Source: Patescibacteria group bacterium
Lineage (GTDB): Bacteria > Patescibacteriota > Patescibacteriia > Patescibacteriales > WJLG01
Direction: 5' to 3'
Length of the DNA: 64,000 bases
NCBI GenBank assembly: GCA_041652555.1
Contig: JBAZHE010000001.1
Location: 2,847 to 66,846 of the forward strand
Part shown: piece after piece, positions 55,234 through 63,260 of the stretch
How positions within the stretch are numbered: position 1 is the stretch's first letter
Layout of the letters: each line of letters starts with the position of its first letter
Notes under the pieces: model-generated
Databases searched by the model: none
What the model was told of the DNA's origin: nothing
Seen by the model: the letters and a program-made list of their open reading frames with translations, nothing else
Made by a program: the position numbers and the translations under genes

Positions 55234-56666
55234 TATTTTTGAAAAGTTTTTTTATCGCGTCGTTGTTTGTGAAAGGTTATGGCAAAACGATGCGCCTCGT
55301 CTCGAACACGCTTAATAATATGTAGAGCAGGGGAGGCCAGAGGGAGAACAAGAGGTTTTTTTATTTTTGGAAAGAAAATTCTGTCTGGCGCTTTAGCTGA
55401 GCGCAAGCCGTCACCCTTAGAAACCCCAAGTATTGGAATATCAAGCTTGAATTTCTTTAAAATAGCCAGTCCGGCATTAAGCTGCCCTTTTCCGCCGTCA
55501 ATAATTATTAAGTCAGGCAATGGCCAATTATTATTAAATCTTCTCTCTAAAATTTCTTTTAACATTCCCGTGTCATCACCTTTAGAAATTGATAATTGAT
55601 CATTGATAATTGAAGATTTAATCTTGAATTTCCGATATTGGCTTTTATCCGGTTCGCCGTTTTTAAAAACTACCATTGATCCAACAGCTTCTTGGCCAAA
55701 TAAATTAGAAATATCATAGCCTTCTATTCTTTGTGGAATTTTTGGTAGAGCAAGAATTTTTGCTAATTCCACCACGTCGGCGGCGTATTTTTCATGAACA
55801 CTTAAAACGTTAGAATGCGCTAAAACATTCCGCATCTGCAAAAGACGATATTTCAATTGCCGAATTTTTTCAGATATTAATTCCCCTCTTGAGAGGGGTG
55901 GCCCGTACTCGGGACGGGGTGTGTGAGGCTTGGTATCGGTTAAAAGTTTTTTTTGAAGATTGATAATTGAAGATTGAAAATTTTTCTCTATATCTTTCCG
56001 TCGTCCTTCCAAGAAGGCAATAATTTCTTTAATAATTTTTTTGTATTCAATAATGTCTGTTGGTGCGCCGTAGATTTCTGGATAACGGCGATTTTTTATT
56101 TGGCTATTTTTATTATCAGGCATTGTAGCAAATCTTCCGTAAGGAAAAATCTTGGCAATTGCTTTAATTGTTTCTCTGACTGCTCCACCAGAAGTAAACG
56201 GCCCGAAGTATCTTCCTGAGGAAATATTCCCCTCTTGAGAGGGGTGGCCCGTACTCGGGACGGGGTGTGTAAGGCCGTTAGGGGGAATTGTTTTTTTAAG
56301 ATTAACCCCAATTGTTCTAGTAGTTAAAATTTTTGGCCATTCGTCATTAGTAATTTTTATATAAAGATGTCGCTTGTCGTCGCGCATTATTATATTGTAA
56401 TCTGGTTGATATTTTTTTATTAAATTTGCTTCCAATAAAAGCGCTTCAATTTCCGAACCAACTTCTATCCATTTTATTTTAGCGATTTTTGTAAGCATGG
56501 ATTGCTTGGCTCCGCTTAATTCTGCGCTTTTACTCCAATACGAAAGCACCCGCGATTTAAGATTCGCGGCTTTGCCGACATAAATAATTTTGCCAGCTTT
56601 ATCATAATACTGATAAGACCCTGGCGTTGTCGGAAGATTAAGTTTCTTGACTTGTTCTAAATTCAT
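55233..56666 (-). CDS. uvrC: excinuclease ABC subunit C (short form lacking the C-terminal HhH domain)
   Basis: GIY-YIG N-terminus (PGSYQYYDKAGKIIYVGKAANLKSR), YFGPF and an RNase-H-like endonuclease region ending in VRDEAHRFAI. GGGGG lies 8 nt upstream of ATG 56666. Confidence 0.9.
   Translation of the reverse strand: MNLEQVKKLNLPTTPGSYQYYDKAGKIIYVGKAANLKSRVLSYWSKSAELSGAKQSMLTKIAKIKWIEVGSEIEALLLEANLIKKYQPDYNIIMRDDKRHLYIKITNDEWPKILTTRTIGVNLKKTIPPNGLTHPVPSTGHPSQEGNISSGRYFGPFTSGGAVRETIKAIAKIFPYGRFATMPDNKNSQIKNRRYPEIYGAPTDIIEYKKIIKEIIAFLEGRRKDIEKNFQSSIINLQKKLLTDTKPHTPRPEYGPPLSRGELISEKIRQLKYRLLQMRNVLAHSNVLSVHEKYAADVVELAKILALPKIPQRIEGYDISNLFGQEAVGSMVVFKNGEPDKSQYRKFKIKSSIINDQLSISKGDDTGMLKEILERRFNNNWPLPDLIIIDGGKGQLNAGLAILKKFKLDIPILGVSKGDGLRSAKAPDRIFFPKIKKPLVLPLASPALHIIKRVRDEAHRFAITFHKQRRDKKTFQK
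55880..55928 (+). repeat. GC-rich double-hairpin repeat, copy E (inside uvrC)
   Basis: ATTCCCCTCTTGAGAGGGGTGGCCCGTACTCGGGACGGGGTGTGTGAGG, translated on the minus strand as KPHTPRPEYGPPLSRGE. Confidence 0.9.
56226..56274 (+). repeat. GC-rich double-hairpin repeat, copy F (inside uvrC)
   Basis: ATTCCCCTCTTGAGAGGGGTGGCCCGTACTCGGGACGGGGTGTGTAAGG, identical to copy E over 45 nt. Translated on the minus strand as GLTHPVPSTGHPSQEGN. Confidence 0.9.
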
Positions 56667-56739
56667 ATTATTCCCCCTTCTTTGCAAGAAAAAATTAGTA
56701 GTGGTTAGATATTTAAAGTTTAGGCGTTATTATCTAAAA

Positions 56740-56784
56740 AATCAATAAAAATAAAAAGACTCTTGGAACGATTTCCAGGAGTCT
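56740..56784 (-). terminator. rho-independent terminator after the 56809..57633 gene
   Basis: Minus strand: AGACTCCTGG-AAATCGTT-CCAAGAGTCT followed by TTTTTATTTTTATT. Confidence 0.7.
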
Positions 56785-56808
56785 TGAAATACTTTTACTT
56801 TTTGGCCT

Positions 56809-57633
<825 letters not shown>

Positions 57634-57695
57634 CAGAAACCTCCTATGTTTTATGGGTTATTTTTAGTTTTCTAATATTTAAAGTACATCATAAA

Positions 57696-57724
57696 ATGAT
57701 AGCATATCTGCTATTTTTTGTCAA
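57696..57724 (-). promoter_or_regulatory. candidate promoter TTGACA-17-TATCAT for the 56809..57633 gene
   Basis: Minus strand: TTGACAaaaaatagcagatatgcTATCAT, about 60 nt upstream of the ATG. Confidence 0.45.
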
Positions 57725-57778
57725 TAGTGCCAAGAAGAGATTTTTCCTATAATATTAAAAGAGTAATTGTCATTTCGA

Positions 57779-57873
57779 ACGTAGCGTAGCGTAGGGAGAA
57801 ATCTCTTGAAGTCTGTTGCTCACTTAAAGTTTAAGCGATTTCTCGCTTCGCTCGAAATGACGAGAAAATATGG
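57779..57873. repeat. second repeat family: imperfect inverted repeat with ~25-35 nt arms around a ~30-nt spacer
   Basis: Left arm TGTCATTTCGAACGTAGCGTAGCGTAGGGAGAAATC. Right arm GATTTCTCGCTTCGCTCGAAATGACGAG. It ends at the helicase start codon (57870). Confidence 0.7.
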
Positions 57874-60800
57874 AAAATAAAAAAACTCAATTAAATAAAG
57901 AACAAGAAGCGGCTGTTTTACATGGTCAGGGGCCACTTTTGATTGTGGCTGGGGCTGGAACCGGTAAAACTTGCGTTATTACTGAGCGCATTGTTAATTT
58001 GATTAATTCGGGGCTGGCGCAGTCTAGTGAAATATTGGCTTTAACTTTTACAGAAAAAGCTGCTGGGGAGATGGTGGAGCGCGTGGATAGACTTTTGCCT
58101 TTGGGTTATTATGATTTGAATATTTCCACTTTTCATTCTTTTTGTCAGGAAGTTTTGAATGATTCAGGTCTAGATATTGGTTTGCCGACAAATTTTAAAT
58201 TGTTAAATGAATTTGAACAGTATAGTTTATTTAAAAAACATTTAGACAGGTTTGGTTTGATTTACTATCAGCCAATGGGCAATCCGACCAAGTTTATCAG
58301 AGAAATTTTGAAGCATATTTCGCGTTGTAAAGATGAGGATATTACCCCTTTAGAATATTTGTGTTATGCCGAAGAATTACGACAGGACTTAGACGGAATG
58401 TTGGGTGCGGTGAAAGGTTCCAAGAAGGGGAAGAGTAATAATGTTTTTCTGAATTCCAAGGGAGAGTTTGATAGAGAGGTTGCTGAGCAAGAAGTTAAAA
58501 AAATTGAAGAGGTTGCAAACGCCTATCATATTTATCAGAATTTGCTCCTGGAAAATAATGCTTTGGATTTTGGTGATTTGATAAATTATTGTTTAAAACT
58601 TTTTCGTGAACGGCCAAATGTTTTGGAAAAATATCGCGCTCGTTTTAAATATATTCTTGTTGATGAATTTCAAGATACTAATTGGGCGCAATATGAATTA
58701 GTAAAAATGTTAGCCGCACCACAAAATAATATCACCGTCGTAGGAGACGACGACCAGAGTGTTTACAGATTTAGAGGAGCGGCGATGGCTAATATTTTAG
58801 AATTTAAAAAAGATTATCCTGATTGTCAGCAAGTTTTTTTGCGAGAAAATTATCGCAGTGCACAAGAAATTCTTAATTCTTCTTATGAATTTATTAAATT
58901 AAATAATCCTAATCGTTTAGAAGCGCAATTAGCCTCTGACGGCTCCGGGCTTTCAAAGAAATTAAAATCAAATATTTCCGATAAAGGCTTAATAGAAGTA
59001 ATTCGCGGAGCTGATATTGTTGATGAATTAGCGCGTGTAGTAAAAAAGATTGCTGATATCAAGACCGAAGACAAAGAAGCTAAATGGAGCGACTTTGCAA
59101 TCTTGGCTCGCGCCAATGACCCGGCTAAAGAAATTTGTTCTTATTTGGATGAAGCTGGTTTCCCTTATAAATTAAATTCTTCCCGCGGACTTTATGCTAA
59201 GGAGGAGATTTTAAATTCTATTGCCTACTTAACTGCTCTGTCTGATTATTACGATGGCGTGGCGCTTTACAAGAGTTTATCTTTGCCGGTTTTTGGTTTG
59301 ACAGTTGAGAATTTAACTACGCTTAATTATTTAGTTTACAAAAAAGGTTCCTCTCTTTATAAAATATTAAACGAAGCGGCGGCGATGGGGGTTGGCAGTG
59401 TTTGCTTGACTAAGGTTAATAAATTTTTAGCAGTTTTTAAAAAGCATTTGACTGAATTGCGTGAAAAAAGTGCAGGAGAAATGTTTTTGTCTTTTTTAAA
59501 TGATTCTGGTTATTTGAAATATCTTACTTCTTTGGGTGGCAGAAGAGAAGTAGAGGCGTCTAATCTTTTGAATCAGTTTATGCGCCGGATAAAAAGCTTT
59601 GAAGCTAATTCTGGCGACAAAAGTGTCCGGGCTTTTTTGAATGAGCTTTTAGTGGAGATTGAAGCTGGCGAACAAGGAACACTGCCTTTTGACGAGGGCG
59701 ATAGTCCTGATACCATAAAAATAATGACAGTTCATGCTTCTAAGGGTTTGGAATTTAAATATGTTTTTATTATAAATTTAATAGACAAGCGTTTTCCGTC
59801 TATTGAACGTAGTGAGTCAATAAAAATACCAGATGCGCTTTTGGATGAAAAATTACCAGAAGGGGATCATCATTTAGAAGAAGAACGCCGGCTTTTTTAT
59901 GTAGCAATGACCCGCGCAAAAAAAGGCTTGTATCTCTCTTGGTCATCGGATGCTGGCGGTAAACGTGAACGCCGAGCTTCTAGGTTTTTAGTAGAAACAG
60001 GATTAGTAGAAGATTTAACTTTAGAAAATTCTGAAGATGATAAAATAACTCCCCTCTTGGGAGGGGTGCCCGAAGGGCGGGGAGGGTTGCTCGAAGTGAA
60101 GCCTGTTGTTGAAGAAAAAAATAAAGAAGAAAAATTTATTCCAAAAGCTCCAGAAAGATTTTCTTATTCTCAATTTGCTGCTTACGAAAAATGTCCTTAT
60201 CAATATCGTTTTGCCAATGTTTTAAAAATTCCTGTCCACGGCAAACCATCTTTTTCTTTTGGAAAAACCATGCACGCTACTTTTCAAAAGATTCTTCAAA
60301 TAGTCCAACAAGCCGGAGAAAAAACCCAAGATAGCTTATTTAATGACCCTGCCGTAGGAACAGGGCACTGCCCTGTTCTGTCTTTAGAAGAGTGCTACAA
60401 AGTCTATGCCGAATCTTGGGAGGACGATTGGTATCCGTCAGAAAAATTAAAAGAAGAATATCGCGCCAACGGCAAAAGAATCGTCAAAGAATTTTACGAA
60501 GAACACAAAGACAACTGGCCAAAAGTTTTATTTTTGGAAAAAGGTTTTTCTCTACGAATGAAAGTTGATGGCGAAGGAATAACAATCGCCGGAAAAATTG
60601 ACCGTATTGACGAAACACCAGACGGAAAATTAAGAATTATTGATTACAAAACCGGCAGTCCAAAAGAAAAATTAACCTTTGAAGACAAAGCTCAGTTATT
60701 AATTTATCAAACAGCAGCTAAGCAATTTTTTCACCAAGAAGTTGGCGCCTTAGTTTTTCGCTACCTAGAAGACGGAAGCGAAATAGAATTCCTTGGCAAA

Positions 60801-60935
60801 GATAAAGACTTTGAAAAATTAGACGAAAAAATCTGCGAAGCAGTCCGTGCTATCCGCTCGGGTGAATTCCCACCCAAGCCGGTTATGTGCAAGTATTGCG
60901 ACTTTAACGGAATTTGTGAATACCGAAAACTTTAA
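57870..60935 (+). CDS. UvrD/PcrA-like helicase fused to a C-terminal PD-(D/E)XK (Cas4/AddB-type, Cys-cluster) nuclease
   Basis: Walker A AGAGTGKT, VDEFQDTN, VGDDDQSVYRFRGA and MTVHASKGLEF. C-terminal KCPYQYRF...GKIDRIDETPDGKLRIIDYKTG...CKYCDFNGIC. Confidence 0.88.
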   Translation: MENKKTQLNKEQEAAVLHGQGPLLIVAGAGTGKTCVITERIVNLINSGLAQSSEILALTFTEKAAGEMVERVDRLLPLGYYDLNISTFHSFCQEVLNDSGLDIGLPTNFKLLNEFEQYSLFKKHLDRFGLIYYQPMGNPTKFIREILKHISRCKDEDITPLEYLCYAEELRQDLDGMLGAVKGSKKGKSNNVFLNSKGEFDREVAEQEVKKIEEVANAYHIYQNLLLENNALDFGDLINYCLKLFRERPNVLEKYRARFKYILVDEFQDTNWAQYELVKMLAAPQNNITVVGDDDQSVYRFRGAAMANILEFKKDYPDCQQVFLRENYRSAQEILNSSYEFIKLNNPNRLEAQLASDGSGLSKKLKSNISDKGLIEVIRGADIVDELARVVKKIADIKTEDKEAKWSDFAILARANDPAKEICSYLDEAGFPYKLNSSRGLYAKEEILNSIAYLTALSDYYDGVALYKSLSLPVFGLTVENLTTLNYLVYKKGSSLYKILNEAAAMGVGSVCLTKVNKFLAVFKKHLTELREKSAGEMFLSFLNDSGYLKYLTSLGGRREVEASNLLNQFMRRIKSFEANSGDKSVRAFLNELLVEIEAGEQGTLPFDEGDSPDTIKIMTVHASKGLEFKYVFIINLIDKRFPSIERSESIKIPDALLDEKLPEGDHHLEEERRLFYVAMTRAKKGLYLSWSSDAGGKRERRASRFLVETGLVEDLTLENSEDDKITPLLGGVPEGRGGLLEVKPVVEEKNKEEKFIPKAPERFSYSQFAAYEKCPYQYRFANVLKIPVHGKPSFSFGKTMHATFQKILQIVQQAGEKTQDSLFNDPAVGTGHCPVLSLEECYKVYAESWEDDWYPSEKLKEEYRANGKRIVKEFYEEHKDNWPKVLFLEKGFSLRMKVDGEGITIAGKIDRIDETPDGKLRIIDYKTGSPKEKLTFEDKAQLLIYQTAAKQFFHQEVGALVFRYLEDGSEIEFLGKDKDFEKLDEKICEAVRAIRSGEFPPKPVMCKYCDFNGICEYRKL
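60048..60096 (+). repeat. GC-rich double-hairpin repeat, copy G (divergent, inside helicase gene)
   Basis: ACTCCCCTCTTGGGAGGGGTGCCCGAAGGGCGGGGAGGGTTGCTCGAAG, translated as TPLLGGVPEGRGGLLE. Confidence 0.7.
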
Positions 60936-60939
60936 AAGC

Positions 60940-60968
60940 TTGAAAAATGAGTAAAATCAGAGTATTAT
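60940..60968 (+). promoter_or_regulatory. candidate promoter TTGAAA-17-TATTAT for ruvB
   Basis: Read directly. The -10 element ends 13 nt before ATG 60982. Confidence 0.4.
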
Positions 60969-60981
60969 TAATATAATAATT

Positions 60982-62022
60982 ATGGAAGAAGATATTAATC
61001 GAATAATTAGCCCGAAAGAAGAAAACGATGATGGGTCGTTGGATTTGACTTTGCGACCGCAGAAATTTGCTGATTATATTGGGCAGAATAAGGTTAAGGA
61101 TAGCCTGGAGATAACTATTCAGGCAGCTAAAGGGCGCAATGAATCAATTGAGCATGTTTTGTTGTATGGTGCGCCTGGCTTGGGTAAGACTACTTTGGCA
61201 CATTTGATTGCGCGTGAGATGGGTGCCAATATTCGTATCACTACTGGTCCGGCGATTGAAAAATCCGGCGACTTAGCGGCGATTCTTTCTAATTTGGAAG
61301 AAGGCGATGTTTTGTTTATTGATGAAATTCATCGTATTAATAAAACTGTGGAAGAAATTTTGTATCCGGCGATGGAGGATTATGCTTTGGATATTATTTT
61401 GGGCAAAGGCCCGGCGGCGCGTACGGTGCGAATTGATTTGCCACGTTTTACTTTGATTGGTGCCACCACAAAAGTTAGTATGCTCTCCGCGCCTTTGCGT
61501 GATCGTTTTGGACATCATCATCATTTAGATTTTTACGAAGATAAAGATATTGAAAAAATTGTAGAGAGAAGCGCCAAAATTCTTGGTGTAGAAGCCGACC
61601 CGATTGCGCTTTCATCTATTGCAACTCGCGCCCGGCGCACACCACGTATCGCCAATAGACTTTTGAAAAGATTGCGTGATTATTCCGCAGTCAAAAGTGA
61701 CGGCTGTCTTTCTAGTGGCGTTTGCCAAGACGCTTTTGCCATGTTAGAAATAGACGAACTCGGATTAGATTGGGTTGATAGAAAAATTCTAGAAACAATT
61801 ATTGATAAATTCAAAGGCGGTCCAGTAGGCTTAAATACTATCGCCGCTGCCACTGGTGAAGAAATGGAAACAATAGAAGACGTCTATGAACCATATCTCC
61901 TTCGCCTTGGCTTCATCGATCGTTCACCCCGAGGACGCATTGTTACGCAAAATGCTTACGAGCATTTAAAAAAGGAGAATCCTTCGGCAAGCTCAGGACA
62001 GGGAAATAAAAAATTATTTTAG
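60982..62022 (+). CDS. ruvB: Holliday junction branch-migration ATPase RuvB
   Basis: [12 protein letters not shown], Walker [17 protein letters not shown] and the C-terminal winged-helix RSPRGR. Confidence 0.95.
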   Translation: MEEDINRIISPKEENDDGSLDLTLRPQKFADYIGQNKVKDSLEITIQAAKGRNESIEHVLLYGAPGLGKTTLAHLIAREMGANIRITTGPAIEKSGDLAAILSNLEEGDVLFIDEIHRINKTVEEILYPAMEDYALDIILGKGPAARTVRIDLPRFTLIGATTKVSMLSAPLRDRFGHHHHLDFYEDKDIEKIVERSAKILGVEADPIALSSIATRARRTPRIANRLLKRLRDYSAVKSDGCLSSGVCQDAFAMLEIDELGLDWVDRKILETIIDKFKGGPVGLNTIAAATGEEMETIEDVYEPYLLRLGFIDRSPRGRIVTQNAYEHLKKENPSASSGQGNKKLF

Positions 62023-62029
62023 GATTAAA

Positions 62030-63091
62030 ATGAATCAAGACAAACTTTCTGATTACGATTTTGATTTGCCGGAGGATTTGATTGCTACGCATCCGGCGGA
62101 GCCGCGAGACCATTCGCGGCTTTTAGTGTTGAACAAGATTACTGGGGAAATTGAGCATAAGCATTTTTATGATATTGTTGATTATTTAAGTTCTGGGGAT
62201 ATTTTAGTTTTAAATAATTCTAAAGTAATTCCGGCGAGATTGATGGCAGTAAAAGAGAGCACTGGCGGAAAGGTGGAGGTTTTGTTGCATAAAAAATTGG
62301 ATGAAAATATTTGGCAATGTCTTTTGGGTGGGCGGGCTCAAGAATGTTTAGAATTAAAATTTACAGAGGAATTTAAGGCTAAAATTTTAAAAAATAATCA
62401 CGATGGCACTTGGGATATACGATTTAATAAAAGTGGCGCGGATTTGATGAAAGCAGTTGAAGAATTTGGCGAGATGCCTTTGCCGCCCTACATTTTGCAA
62501 CAATTAAAAATTAAAAATGAAAAATTAAAAAAAGAGGAAACGAAAAAATCGTACCAGACTGTTTACGCTGATTCGCAAAAATCTGGAAGTGTGGCCGCTC
62601 CAACGGCTGGATTACATTTTACGCCTGAGCTTTTGGAAAAAATAAAAAATAAAGGTGTGAAAATCTTGGAAATAACTCTATATGTCGGAATGGGAACTTT
62701 TGCTCCGGTTAAAACAGAAGATATTAGCAAGCATAAAATGCATGCGGAGTGGGTAGAAATTGATAATAAAACTATCAATTTAATAGCAAAACAAAAAGGA
62801 GGTAAAATAATTGCCGTGGGAACGACTAGCGTAAGAAGTTTAGAATCTTGCTGGAATAATTTGTCAGAGCTTAGTAATGATTTTAAATTTTGGGTGGATA
62901 TTTTTATTACTCCGGGATATAAATTTAAGATTGTTGATGCGATGATCACTAATTTTCATCTACCAAAATCAACTCTTTTAATGCTTGTTTCTGCTTTGGT
63001 TGGCAAGGAAAAAATTGATAAAGCCTATAAAGAGGCAATTAAGAAAAAATATCGTTTTTACTCTTATGGCGATGCGATGCTTATAAAATAG
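62030..63091 (+). CDS. queA: S-adenosylmethionine:tRNA ribosyltransferase-isomerase
   Basis: YDFDLPEDLIATHPAEPRDHSRLLVL, GSVAAPTAGLHFT and VGTTSVRSLES. Confidence 0.93.
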   Translation: MNQDKLSDYDFDLPEDLIATHPAEPRDHSRLLVLNKITGEIEHKHFYDIVDYLSSGDILVLNNSKVIPARLMAVKESTGGKVEVLLHKKLDENIWQCLLGGRAQECLELKFTEEFKAKILKNNHDGTWDIRFNKSGADLMKAVEEFGEMPLPPYILQQLKIKNEKLKKEETKKSYQTVYADSQKSGSVAAPTAGLHFTPELLEKIKNKGVKILEITLYVGMGTFAPVKTEDISKHKMHAEWVEIDNKTINLIAKQKGGKIIAVGTTSVRSLESCWNNLSELSNDFKFWVDIFITPGYKFKIVDAMITNFHLPKSTLLMLVSALVGKEKIDKAYKEAIKKKYRFYSYGDAMLIK

Positions 63092-63100
63092 GGTTTTGGC

Positions 63101-63129
63101 TTGACAAGCGCATGTTTCTCCTGTAATCT
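63101..63129 (+). promoter_or_regulatory. candidate promoter TTGACA-17-TAATCT for rpsA
   Basis: Read directly. It would leave a 5' leader of about 125 nt. Confidence 0.45.
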
Positions 63130-63260
63130 CTAGTTAGTTGTTTATAATTTTTTCGCCTTTAATAAAACCCTTGATTTAAGGCGGTCAAGGGGCTCTTTAT
63201 TCTTTTTAAAAGAATAATAGGGTTAAGATGTTTTTTTATTATAAAAAACATTATATTAAT

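Noticed and set aside
55880-56274. Inteins or introns as an explanation for the uvrC insertions
   Set aside because: The inserts are only about 45-50 nt, lack intein splice motifs and have no intron-like structure. The same sequence occurs intergenically, which fits a small palindromic repeat better.
61975-62022. RuvB C-terminal tail [13 protein letters not shown] as a remnant of a third repeat family
   Set aside because: Only one occurrence is present in the window and it has no palindromic structure. I cannot distinguish it from an ordinary lineage-specific tail.
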